Part shown: positions 38,966 to 51,599 of the stretch, piece by piece
Layout: each line of letters starts with the position of its first letter
Numbering within the stretch: the stretch's first letter is position 1
Assembly (NCBI GenBank): GCA_964016885.1
Contig: OZ024758.1
Coordinates: forward strand, 34,968,001-35,032,000
DNA from: Eledone cirrhosa
Taxonomy: Eukaryota
Reading direction: 5' to 3'
Length of the DNA: 64,000 nt
Position numbers and translations under genes: made by a program
Notes under the pieces: model-generated
The model's database searches: none
Told to the model about the DNA's origin: nothing
What the model saw: the letters and a program-made list of their open reading frames with translations, nothing else

Positions 38966-41900
38966 CATGGTATTAGTTGTCAGAAGTAACTCCAATGTTG
39001 GTGAGAAGTCATTTAAGTCATGGTACTAGCTGTCAGAAGTAACTCCAATGTTGGTGAGAATTCATTTAAGTTCATGGTATTAGCTGTCAGAAGGAACTCC
39101 ACTGTTGGTGAGAATTCATTTAAGTTCATGGTATTAGCTGTCAGAAGTAACTCCACTGTTGGTGAGAATTCATTTAAGTTCATGGTACTAGCTGTCAGAA
39201 GTAACTCCACTGTTGGTGAGAATTCATTTAAGTTCATGGTATTAGCTGTCAGAAGTAACACCACTGTTGGTGAGAATTCATATAAGTTCATGGTACTAGC
39301 TGTCAGAAGTAACTCCACTGTTGGTGAGAATTCATTTAAGTTCATGGTACTAGCTGTCAGAAGTAACTCCAATGTTGGTGAGAATTCATTTAAGTTCATG
39401 GTATTAGCTGTCAGAAGGAACTCCACTGTTGGTGAGAATTCATTTAAGTTCATGGTATTAGCTGTCAGAAGTAACTCCACTGTTGGTGAAAATTCATTTA
39501 AGTTCATGGTACTAGTTGTCAGAAGTAACTCCACTGTTGGTGAGAATTCATTTAAGTTCATGGTATTAGTTGTCAGAAGTAACTCCAATGTGTTGGTGAG
39601 AATTCATTTAAGTTCATTGTACTAGCTGTCAGAAGTAACTCCACTGTTGGTGAGAATTCATTTAAGTTCATGGTATTAGCTGTCAGAAGTAACTCCACTG
39701 TTGGTGATAATTCATTTAAGTCATGGTATTAGCTGTCAGAAGTAACTCCATTGTTGGTGAGAATTCATTTAAGTCATGGTACTAGCTGTCAGAAGTAACT
39801 CCACTGTTGGTGAGAATTCATTTAAGTTCATGGTATTAGCTGTCAGAAGGAACTCCACTGTTGGTGAGAATTCATTTAAGTTCATGGTACTAGCTGTCAG
39901 AAGTAACTCCACTGTTGGTGAGAATTCATTTAAGTTCATGGTATTAGTTTGTCAGAAGTAACTCCACTGTTGGTGAGAATTCATTTAAGTCATGGTATTA
40001 GTTGTCAGAAGTAACTCCAATGTTGGTGAGAAGTCATTTAAGTCATGGTACTAGCTGTCAGAAGTAACTCCAATGTTGGTGAGAATTCATTTAAGTTCAT
40101 GGTATTAGCTGTCAGAAGGAACTCCACTGTTGGTGAGAATTCATTTAAGTTCATGGTATTAGCTGTCAGAAGTAACTCCACTGTTTGTGAGAATTCATTT
40201 AAGTTCATGGTACTAGCTGTCAGAAGTAACTCCACTGTTGGTGAGAATTCATTTAAGTTCATGGTATTAGCTGTCAGAAGTCACTCCACTGTTGGTGAGA
40301 ATTCATTTAAGTTCATGGTATTAGCTGTCAGAAGTCACTCCACTGTTGGTGAGAATTCATTTAAGTTCATGGTACTAGCTGTCAGAAGTAACCCCAATGT
40401 TGGTGAGAATTCATTTAAGTTCATGGTATTAGCTGTCAGAAGTAACTCCACTGTTGGTGAGAATTCATTTAAGTTCATGGTATTAGCTGTCAGAAGTAAC
40501 TCAACTGTTGGTGAGAATTCATTTAAGTTCATGGTATTAGCTGTCAGAAGTAACTCCACTGTTGGTGAGAATTCATTTAAGTTCATGGTATTAGCTGTCA
40601 GAAGGAACTCCAATGTTGGTGAGAAATCATTTAAGTCATGGTACTAGCTGTCAGAAGTAACTCCACTGTTGGTGAGAATTCATTTAAGTTCATGGTATTA
40701 GCTGTCAGAAGGAACGCCACTGTTGGTGAGAATTCATTTAAGTTCATGGTATTAGCTGTCAGAAGTAACTCCACTGTTGGTGAGAATTCATTTAAGTTCA
40801 TGGTACTAGCTGTCAGAAGTAACTCCAATGTTGGTGAGAATTCATTTAAGTTCATGGTATTAGCTGTCAGAAGGAACTCCACTGTTGGTGAGAATTCATT
40901 TAAGTTCATGGTATTAGCTGTCAGAAGGAACGCCACTGTTGGTGAGAATTCATTTAAGTTCATGGTATTAGCTGTCAGAAGTAACTCCACTGTTGGTGAG
41001 AATTCATTTAAGTTCATGGTACTAGCTGTCAGAAGTAACTCCAATGTTGGTGAGAATTCATTTAAGTTCATGGTATTAGCTGTCAGAAGGAACTCCACTG
41101 TTGGTGAGAATTCATTTAAGTTCATGGTATTAGCTGTCAGAAGTAACTCCACTGTTGGTGAAAATTCATTTAAGTTCATGGTACTAGTTGTCAGAAGTAA
41201 CTCCACTGTTGGTGAGAATTCATTTAAGTTCATGGTATTAGTTGTCAGAAGTAACTCCACTGTTGGTGAGAATTCATTAAGTCATGCTATTAGTTGTCAG
41301 AAGTAACTCCAATGTTGGTGAGAATTCATTTAAGTTCATGGTATTAGCTGTCAGAAGTAACTCCACTGTTGGTGAGAATTCATTTAAGTCATGGTATTAG
41401 CTGTCAGAAGTAACTCCATTGTTGGTGAGAATTCATTTAAGTCATGGTACTAGCTGTCAGAAGTAACTCCACTGTTGGTGAGAATTCATTTAAGTTCATG
41501 GTATTAGCTGTCAGAAGGAACTCCACTGTTGGTGAGAATTGATTTAAGTTCATGGTACTAGCTGTCAGAAGTAACTCCACTGTTGGTGAGAATTCATTTA
41601 AGTTCATGGTATTAGTTTGTCAGAAGTAACTCCACTGTTGGTGAGAATTCATTTAAGTCATGGTATTAGTTGTCAGAAGTAAGTCCAATGTTGGTGAGAA
41701 TTCATTTAAGTCATGGTACTAGCTGTCAGAAGTAACTCCAATGTTGGTGAGAATTCATTTAAGTTCATGGTATTAGCTGTCAGAAGGAACTCCACTGTTG
41801 GTGAGAATTCATTTAAGTTCATGGTATTAGCTGTCAGAAGTAACTCCACTGTTGGTGAGAATTCATTTAAGTTCATGGTACTAGCTGTCAGAAGTAACTC

Positions 41901-43751
41901 CAATGTTGGTGAGAATTCATTTAAGTTCATGGTATTAGCTGTCAGAAGTAACTCCACTGTTGGTGAGAATTCATTTAAGTCATGGTATTAGCTGTCAGAA
42001 GTAACTCCAATGTTGGTGAGAATTCATTTAAGTTCATGGTATTAGTTGTCAGAAGTAACTCCACTGTTGGTGAGAATTCATTTAAGTTCATGGTATTAGC
42101 TGTCAGAAGTAACTCCACTGTTGGTGAGAATTCATTTAAGTTCATGGTACTAGCTGTCAGAAGTAACTCCACTGTTGGTGAGAATTCATTTAAGTTCATG
42201 GTATTAGCTGTCAGAAGTAACACCACTGTTGGTGAGAATTCATATAAGTTCATGGTACTAGCTGTCAGAAGTAACTCCACTGTTGGTGAGAATTCATTTA
42301 AGTTCATGGTACTAGCTGTCAGAAGTAACTCCAATGTTGGTGAGAATTCATTTAAGTTCATGGTATTAGCTGTCAGAAGGAACTCCACTGTTGGTGAGAA
42401 TTCATTTAAGTTCATGGTATTAGCTGTCAGAAGTAACTCCACTGTTGGTGAAAATTCATTTAAGTTCATGGTACTAGTTGTCAGAAGTAACTCCACTGTT
42501 GGTGAGAATTCATTTAAGTTCATGGTATTAGTTGTCAGAAGTAACTCCAATGTGTTGGTGAGAATTCATTTAAGTTCATTGTACTAGCTGTCAGAAGTAA
42601 CTCCACTGTTGGTGAGAATTCATTTAAGTTCATGGTATTAGCTGTCAGAAGTAACTCCACTGTTGGTGATAATTCATTTAAGTCATGGTATTAGCTGTCA
42701 GAAGTAACTCCATTGTTGGTGAGAATTCATTTAAGTCATGGTACTAGCTGTCAGAAGTAACTCCACTGTTGGTGAGAATTCATTTAAGTTCATGGTATTA
42801 GCTGTCAGAAGGAACTCCACTGTTGGTGAGAATTCATTTAAGTTCATGGTACTAGCTGTCAGAAGTAACTCCACTGTTGGTGAGAATTCATTTAAGTTCA
42901 TGGTATTAGTTTGTCAGAAGTAACTCCACTGTTGGTGAGAATTCATTTAAGTCATGGTATTAGTTGTCAGAAGTAACACCAATGTTGGTGAGAAGTCATT
43001 TAAGTCATGGTACTAGCTGTCAGAAGTAACTCCAATGTTGGTGAGAATTCATTTAAGTTCATGGTATTAGCTGTCAGAAGGAACTCCACTGTTGGTGAGA
43101 ATTCATTTAAGTTCATGGTATTAGCTGTCAGAAGTAACTCCACTGTTTGTGAGAATTCATTTAAGTTCATGGTACTAGCTGTCAGAAGTAACTCCACTGT
43201 TGGTGAGAATTCATTTAAGTTCATGGTATTAGCTGTCAGAAGTAACTCCACTGTTGGTGAGAATTCATTTAAGTTCATGGTATTAGCTGTCAGAAGGAAC
43301 TCCAATGTTGGTGAGAAATCATTTAAGTCATGGTACTAGCTGTCAGAAGTAACTCCACTGTTGGTGAGAATTCATTTAAGTTCATGGTATTAGCTGTCAG
43401 AAGGAACGCCACTGTTGGTGAGAATTCATTTAAGTTCATGGTATTAGCTGTCAGAAGTAACTCCACTGTTGGTGAGAATTCATTTATTTCATGGTACTAG
43501 CTGTCAGAAGTAACTCCAATGTTGGTGAGAATTCATTTAAGTTCATGGTATTAGCTGTCAGAAGGAACTCCACTGTTGGTGAGAATTCATTTAAGTTCAT
43601 GGTATTAGCTGTCAGAAGTAACTCCACTGTTGGTGAAAATTCATTTAAGTTCATGGTACTAGTTGTCAGAAGTAACTCCACTGTTGGTGAGAATTCATTT
43701 AAGTTCATGGTATTAGTTGTCAGAAGTAACTCCACTGTTGGTGAGAATTCA

Positions 43752-46700
43752 TTAAGTCATGGTATTAGTTGTCAGAAGTAACTCCAATGTTGGTGAGAAT
43801 TCATTTAAGTTCATGGTACTAGCTGTCAGAAGTAACTCCACAGTTGGTGAGAATTAATTTAATTTCATGGTATTAGCTGTCAGAAGTAACTCCACTGTTG
43901 GTGAGAATTCATTTAAGTCATGGTATTAGCTGTCAGAAGTAACTCCATTGTTGGTGAGAATTCATTTAAGTCATGGTACTAGCTGTCAGAAGTAACTCCA
44001 CTGTTGGTGAGAATTCATTTAAGTTCATGGTATTAGCTGTCAGAAGGAACTCCACTGTTGGTGAGAATTCATTTAAGTTCATGGTATTAGTTTGTCAGAA
44101 GTAACTCCACTGTTGGTGAGAATTCATTTAAGTCATGGTATTAGTTGTCAGAAGTAAGTCCAATGTTGGTGAGAATTCATTTAAGTCATGGTACTAGCTG
44201 TCAGAAGTAACTCCAATGTTGGTGAGAATTCATTTAAGTTCATGGTATTAGCTGTCAGAAGGAACTCCACTGTTGGTGAGAATTCATTTAAGTTCATGGT
44301 ATTAGCTGTCAGAAGTAACTCCACTGTTGGTGAAAATTCATTTAAGTTCATGGTACTAGTTGTCAGAAGTAACTCCACTGTTGGTGAGAATTCATTTAAG
44401 TTCATGGTATTAGTTGTCAGAAGTAACTCCACTGTTGGTGAGAATTCATTAAGTCATGGTATTAGTTGTCAGAAGTAACTCCAATGTTGGTGAGAATTCA
44501 TTTAAGTTCATGGTACTAGCTGTCAGAAGTAACTCCACAGTTGGTGAGAATTAATTTAATTTCATGGTATTAGCTGTCAGAAGTAACTCCACTGTTGGTG
44601 AGAATTCATTTAAGTCATGGTATTAGCTGTCAGAAGTAACTCCATTGTTGGTGAGAATTCATTTAAGTCATGGTACTAGCTGTCAGAAGTAACTCCACTG
44701 TTGGTGAGAATTCATTTAAGTTCATGGTATTAGCTGTCAGAAGGAACTCCACTGTTGGTGAGAATTCATTTAAGTTCATGGTATTAGTTTGTCAGAAGTA
44801 ACTCCACTGTTGGTGAGAATTCATTTAAGTCATGGTATTAGTTGTCAGAAGTAAGTCCAATGTTGGTGAGAATTCATTTAAGTCATGGTACTAGCTGTCA
44901 GAAGTAACTCCAATGTTGGTGAGAATTCATTTAAGTTCATGGTATTAGCTGTCAGAAGGAACTCCACTGTTGGTGAGAATTCATTTAAGTTCATGGTATT
45001 AGCTGTCAGAAGTAACTCCACTGTTGGTGAGAATTCATTTAAGTTCATGGTACTAGCTGTCAGAAGTAACTCCAATGTTGGTGAGAATTCATTTAAGTTC
45101 ATGGTATTAGCTGTCAGAAGTAACTCCACTGTTGGTGAGAATTCATTTAAGTCATGGTATTAGCTGTCAGAAGTAACTCCAATGTTGGTGAGAATTCATT
45201 TAAGTTCATGGTATTAGTTGTCAGAAGTAACTCCACTGTTGGTGAGAATTCATTTAAGTTCATGGTATTAGCTGTCAGAAGTAACTCCACTGTTGGTGAG
45301 AATTCATTTAAGTTCATGGTACTAGCTGTCAGAAGTAACTCCACTGTTGGTGAGAATTCATTTAAGTTCATGGTATTAGCTGTCAGAAGTAACACCACTG
45401 TTGGTGAGAATTCATATAAGTTCATGGTACTAGCTGTCAGAAGTAACTCCACTGTTGGTGAGAATTCATTTAAGTTCATGGTACTAGCTGTCAGAAGTAA
45501 CTCCAATGTTGGTGAGAATTCATTTAAGTTCATGGTATTAGCTGTCAGAAGGAACTCCACTGTTGGTGAGAATTCATTTAAGTTCATGGTATTAGCTGTC
45601 AGAAGTAACTCCACTGTTGGTGAAAATTCATTTAAGTTCATGGTACTAGTTGTCAGAAGTAACTCCACTGTTGGTGAGAATTCATTTAAGTTCATGGTAT
45701 TAGTTGTCAGAAGTAACTCCACTGTTGCTGAGAATTCATTAAGTCATGGTATTAGTTGTCAGAAGTAACTCCAATGTTGGTGAGAATTCATTTAAGTTCA
45801 TTGTACTAGCTGTCAGAAGTAACTCCACTGTTGGTGAGAATTCATTTAAGTTCATGGTATTAGATGTCAGAAGTAACTCCACTGTTGGTGATAATTCATT
45901 TAAGTCATGGTATTAGCTGTCAGAAGTAACTCCATTGTTGGTGAGAATCCATTTAAGTCATGGTACTAGCTGTCAGAAGTAACTCCACTGTTGGTGAGAA
46001 TTCATTTAAGTTCATGGTATTAGCTGTCAGAAGGAACTCCACTGTTGGTGAGAATTCATTTAAGTTCATGGTACTAGCTGTCAGAAGTAACTCCACTGTT
46101 GGTGAGAATTCATTTAAGTTCATGGTATTAGTTTGTCAGAAGTAACTCCACTGTTGGTGAGAATTCATTTAAGTCATGGTATTAGTTGTCAGAAGTAACT
46201 CCAATGTTGGTGAGAATTCATTTAAGTTCATGGTACTAGCTGTCAGAAGTAACTCCACAGTTGGTGAGAATTAATTTAATTTCATGGTATTAGCTGTCAG
46301 AAGTAACTCCACTGTTGGTGAGAATTCATTTAAGTCATGGTATTAGCTGTCAGAAGTAACTCCATTGTTGGTGAGAATTCATTTAAGTCATGGTACTAGC
46401 TGTCAGAAGTAACTCCACTGTTGGTGAGAATTCATTTAAGTTCATGGTATTAGCTGTCAGAAGGAACTCCACTGTTGGTGAGAATTCATTTAAGTTCATG
46501 GTATTAGTTTGTCAGAAGTAACTCCACTGTTGGTGAGAATTCATTTAAGTCATGGTATTAGTTGTCAGAAGTAAGTCCAATGTTGGTGAGAATTCATTTA
46601 AGTCATGGTACTAGCTGTCAGAAGTAACTCCAATGTTGGTGAGAATTCATTTAAGTTCATGGTATTAGCTGTCAGAAGGAACTCCACTGTTGGTGAGAAT

Positions 46701-48633
46701 TCATTTAAGTTCATGGTATTAGCTGTCAGAAGTAACTCCACTGTTGGTGAAAATTCATTTAAGTTCATGGTACTAGTTGTCAGAAGTAACTCCACTGTTG
46801 GTGAGAATTCATTTAAGTTCATGGTATTAGTTGTCAGAAGTAACTCCACTGTTGGTGAGAATTCATTAAGTCATGGTATTAGTTGTCAGAAGTAACTCCA
46901 ATGTTGGTGAGAATTCATTTAAGTTCATGGTACTAGCTGTCAGAAGTAACTCCACAGTTGGTGAGAATTAATTTAATTTCATGGTATTAGCTGTCAGAAG
47001 TAACTCCACTGTTGGTGAGAATTCATTTAAGTCATGGTATTAGCTGTCAGAAGTAACTCCATTGTTGGTGAGAATTCATTTAAGTCATGGTACTAGCTGT
47101 CAGAAGTAACTCCACTGTTGGTGAGAATTCATTTAAGTTCATGGTATTAGCTGTCAGAAGGAACTCCACTGTTGGTGAGAATTCATTTAAGTTCATGGTA
47201 TTAGTTTGTCAGAAGTAACTCCACTGTTGGTGAGAATTCATTTAAGTCATGGTATTAGTTGTCAGAAGTAAGTCCAATGTTGGTGAGAATTCATTTAAGT
47301 CATGGTACTAGCTGTCAGAAGTAACTCCAATGTTGGTGAGAATTCATTTAAGTTCATGGTATTAGCTGTCAGAAGGAACTCCACTGTTGGTGAGAATTCA
47401 TTTAAGTTCATGGTATTAGCTGTCAGAAGTAACTCCACTGTTGGTGAGAATTCATTTAAGTTCATGGTACTAGCTGTCAGAAGTAACTCCAATGTTGGTG
47501 AGAATTCATTTAAGTTCATGGTATTAGCTGTCAGAAGTAACTCCACTGTTGGTGAGAATTCATTTAAGTCATGGTATTAGCTGTCAGAAGTAACTCCAAT
47601 GTTGGTGAGAATTCATTTAAGTTCATGGTATTAGTTGTCAGAAGTAACTCCACTGTTGGTGAGAATTCATTTAAGTTCATGGTATTAGCTGTCAGAAGTA
47701 ACTCCACTGTTGGTGAGAATTCATTTAAGTTCATGGTACTAGCTGTCAGAAGTAACTCCACTGTTGGTGAGAATTCATTTAAGTTCATGGTATTAGCTGT
47801 CAGAAGTAACACCACTGTTGGTGAGAATTCATATAAGTTCATGGTACTAGCTGTCAGAAGTAACTCCACTGTTGGTGAGAATTCATTTAAGTTCATGGTA
47901 CTAGCTGTCAGAAGTAACTCCAATGTTGGTGAGAATTCATTTAAGTTCATGGTATTAGCTGTCAGAAGGAACTCCACTGTTGGTGAGAATTCATTTAAGT
48001 TCATGGTATTAGCTGTCAGAAGTAACTCCACTGTTGGTGAAAATTCATTTAAGTTCATGGTACTAGTTGTCAGAAGTAACTCCACTGTTGGTGAGAATTC
48101 ATTTAAGTTCATGGTATTAGTTGTCAGAAGTAACTCCACTGTTGCTGAGAATTCATTAAGTCATGGTATTAGTTGTCAGAAGTAACTCCAATGTTGGTGA
48201 GAATTCATTTAAGTTCATTGTACTAGCTGTCAGAAGTAACTCCACTGTTGGTGAGAATTCATTTAAGTTCATGGTATTAGATGTCAGAAGTAACTCCACT
48301 GTTGGTGATAATTCATTTAAGTCATGGTATTAGCTGTCAGAAGTAACTCCATTGTTGGTGAGAATCCATTTAAGTCATGGTACTAGCTGTCAGAAGTAAC
48401 TCCACTGTTGGTGAGAATTCATTTAAGTTCATGGTATTAGCTGTCAGAAGGAACTCCACTGTTGGTGAGAATTCATTTAAGTTCATGGTACTAGCTGTCA
48501 GAAGTAACTCCACTGTTGGTGAGAATTCATTTAAGTTCATGGTATTAGTTTGTCAGAAGTAACTCCACTGTTGGTGAGAATTCATTTAAGTCATGGTATT
48601 AGTTGTCAGAAGTAACTCCAATGTTGGTGAGAA
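43752..48633. repeat. Tandem duplication, 2417-bp period (45 monomers), 2 copies, containing a 697-bp (13-mer) duplication
   Basis: ORF pairs 44188/46605, 44885/47302, 45154/47571 and 45960/48377 are offset by 2417. The marker CACAGTTGGTGAGAATTAATTTAATTTC is at about 43840, 44537, 46257 and 46954. TAGATGTC is at about 45861 and 48278. Confidence 0.9.
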
Positions 48634-51599
48634 GTCATTTAAGTCATGGTACTAGCTGTCAGAAGTAACTCCAATGTTGGTGAGAATTCATTTAAGTTCA
48701 TGGTATTAGCTGTCAGAAGGAACTCCACTGTTGGTGAGAATTCATTTAAGTTCATGGTATTAGCTTTCAGAAGTAACTCCACTGTTTGTGAGAATTCATT
48801 TAAGTTCATGGTACTAGCTGTCAGAAGTAACTCCACTGTTGGTGAGAATTCATTTAAGTTCATGGTATTAGCTGTCAGAAGTCACTCCACTGTTGGTGAA
48901 AATTCATTTAAGTTCATGGTATTAGCTGTCAGAAGTCACTCCACTGTTGGTGAGAATTCATTTAAGTTCATGGTACTAGCTGTCAGAAGTAACCCCAATG
49001 TTGGTGAGAATTCATTTAAGTTCATGGTATTAGCTGTCAGAAGTCACTCCAATGTTGATGAGAATTCATTTAAGTTCATGGGATTAGCTGTCAGAAGTAA
49101 CTCCACTGTTGGTGAGAATTCATTTAAGTTCATGGTATTAGCTGTCAGAAGTCACTCCAATGTTGGTGAGAATTCATTTAAGTTCATGGTATTAGCTGTC
49201 AGAAGTAACTCCACTGTTGGTGAGAATTCATTTAAGTTCATGGTATTAGCTGTCAGAAGTAACTCAACTGTTGGTGAGAATTCATTTAAGTTCATGGTAT
49301 TAGCTGTCAGAAGTAACTCCACTGTTGGTGAGAATTCATTTAAGTTCATGGTATTAGCTGTCAGAAGGAACTCCAATGTTGGTGAGAAATCATTTAAGTC
49401 ATGGTACTAGCTGTCAGAAGTAACTCCACTGTTGGTGGGAATTCATTTAAGTTCATGGTATTAGCTGTCAGAAGGAACGCCACTGTTGGTGAGAATTCAT
49501 TTAAGTTCATGGTATTAGCTGTCAGAAGTAACTCCACTGTTGGTGAGAATTCATTTAAGTTCATGGTACTAGCTGTCAGAAGTAACTCCAATGTTGGTGA
49601 GAATTCATTTAAGTTCATGGTATTAGCTGTCAGAAGGAACTCCACTGTTGGTGAGAATTCATTTAAGTTCATGGTATTAGCTGTCAGAAGTAACTCCACT
49701 GTTGGTGAAAATTCATTTAAGTTCATGGTACTAGTTGTCAGAAGTAACTCCACTGTTGGTGAGAATTCATTTAAGTTCATGGTATTAGTTGTCAGAAGTA
49801 ACTCCACTGTTGGTGAGAATTCATTAAGTCATGGTATTAGTTGTCAGAAGTAACTCCAATGTTGGTGAGAATTCATTTAAGTTCATGGTACTAGCTGTCA
49901 GAAGTAACTCCACAGTTGGTGAGAATTCATTTAAGTTCATGGTATTAGCTGTCAGAAGTAACTCCACTGTTGGTGAGAATTCATTTAAGTCATGGTATTA
50001 GCTGTCAGAAGTAACTCCATTGTTGGTGAGAATTCATTTAAGTCATGGTACTAGCTGTCAGAAGTAACTCCACTGTTGGTGAGAATTCATTTAAGTTAAT
50101 GGTATTAGCTGTCAGAAGGAACTCCACTGTTGGTGAGAATTCATTTAAGTTCATGGTACTAGCTGTCAGAAGTAACTCCACTGTTGGTGAGAATTCATTT
50201 AAGTTCATGGTATTAGTTTGTCAGAAGTAACTCCACTGTTGGTGAGAATTCATTTAAGTCATGGTATTAGTTGTCAGAAGTAAGTCCAATGTTGGTGAGA
50301 ATTCATTTAAGTCATGGTACTAGCTGTCAGAAGTAACTCCAATGTTGGTGAGAATTCATTTAAGTTCATGGTATTAGCTGTCAGAAGGAACTCCACTGTT
50401 GGTGAGAATTCATTTAAGTTCATGGTATTAGCTGTCAGAAGTAACTCCACTGTTGGTGAGAATTCATTTAAGTTCATGGTACTAGCTGTCAGAAGTAACT
50501 CCAATGTTGGTGAGAATTCATTTAAGTTCATGGTATTAGCTGTCAGAAGTAACTCCACTGTTGGTGAGAATTCATTTAAGTCATGGTATTAGCTGTCAGA
50601 AGTAACTCCAATGTTGGTAAGAATTCATTTAAGTTCATGGTATTAGTTGTCAGAAGTAACTCCACTGTTGGTGAGAATTCATTTAAGTTCATGGTATTAG
50701 CTGTCAGAAGTAACTCCACTGTTGGTGAAAATTCATTTAAGTTCATGGTACTAGCTGTCAGAAGTAACTCCACTGTTGGTGAGAATTCATTTAAGTTCAT
50801 GGTATTAGCTGTCAGAAGTAACACCACTGTTGGTGAGAATTCATATAAGTTCATGGTACTAGCTGTCAGAAGTAACTCCACTGTTGGTGAGAATTCATTT
50901 AAGTTCATGGTATTAGTTTGTCAGAAGTAACTCCACTGTTGGTGAGAATTCAATTAAGTCATGGTATTAGTTGTCAGAAGTAACTCCAATATTGGTGAGA
51001 ATTCATTTAAGTTCATGGTATTAGCTGTCAGAAGTAACTCCACTGTTGGTGAGAATTCATTTAAGTTCATGGTACTAGCTGTCAGAAGTAACTCCACTGT
51101 TGGTGAGAATTCATTTAAGTTCATGGTACTAGCTGTCAGAAGTCACTCCAATGTTGGTGAGAATTCATTTAAGTTCATGGTATTAGCTGTCAGAAGGAAC
51201 TCCACTGTTGGTGAGAATTCATTTAAGTTCATGGTATTAGCTGTCAGAAGTAACTCCACTGTTGGTGAGAATTCATTTAAGTTCATGGTACTAGCTGTCA
51301 GAAGTAACTCCAATGTTGGTGAGAATTCATTTAAGTTCATGGTATTAGCTGTCAGAAGTAACTCCACTGTTGGTGAGAATTCATTTAAGTCATGGTATTA
51401 GCTGTCACAAGTAACTCCAATGTTGGTGAGAATTCATTTAAGTTCATGGTATTAGTTGTCAGAAGTAACTCCACTGTTGGTGAGAATTCATTTAAGTTCA
51501 TGGTACTAGCTGTCAGAAGTAACTCCACTGTTGGTGAGAATTCATTTAAGTTCATGGTATTAGTTTGTCAGAAGGAACTCCACTGTTGGTGAGAATTCA

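Noticed and set aside
40638-41306. 216-bp (4-monomer) local duplication with GGAACGCC at about 40711 and 40927
   Set aside because: It is real but minor, and is covered by the general finding on nested duplications.
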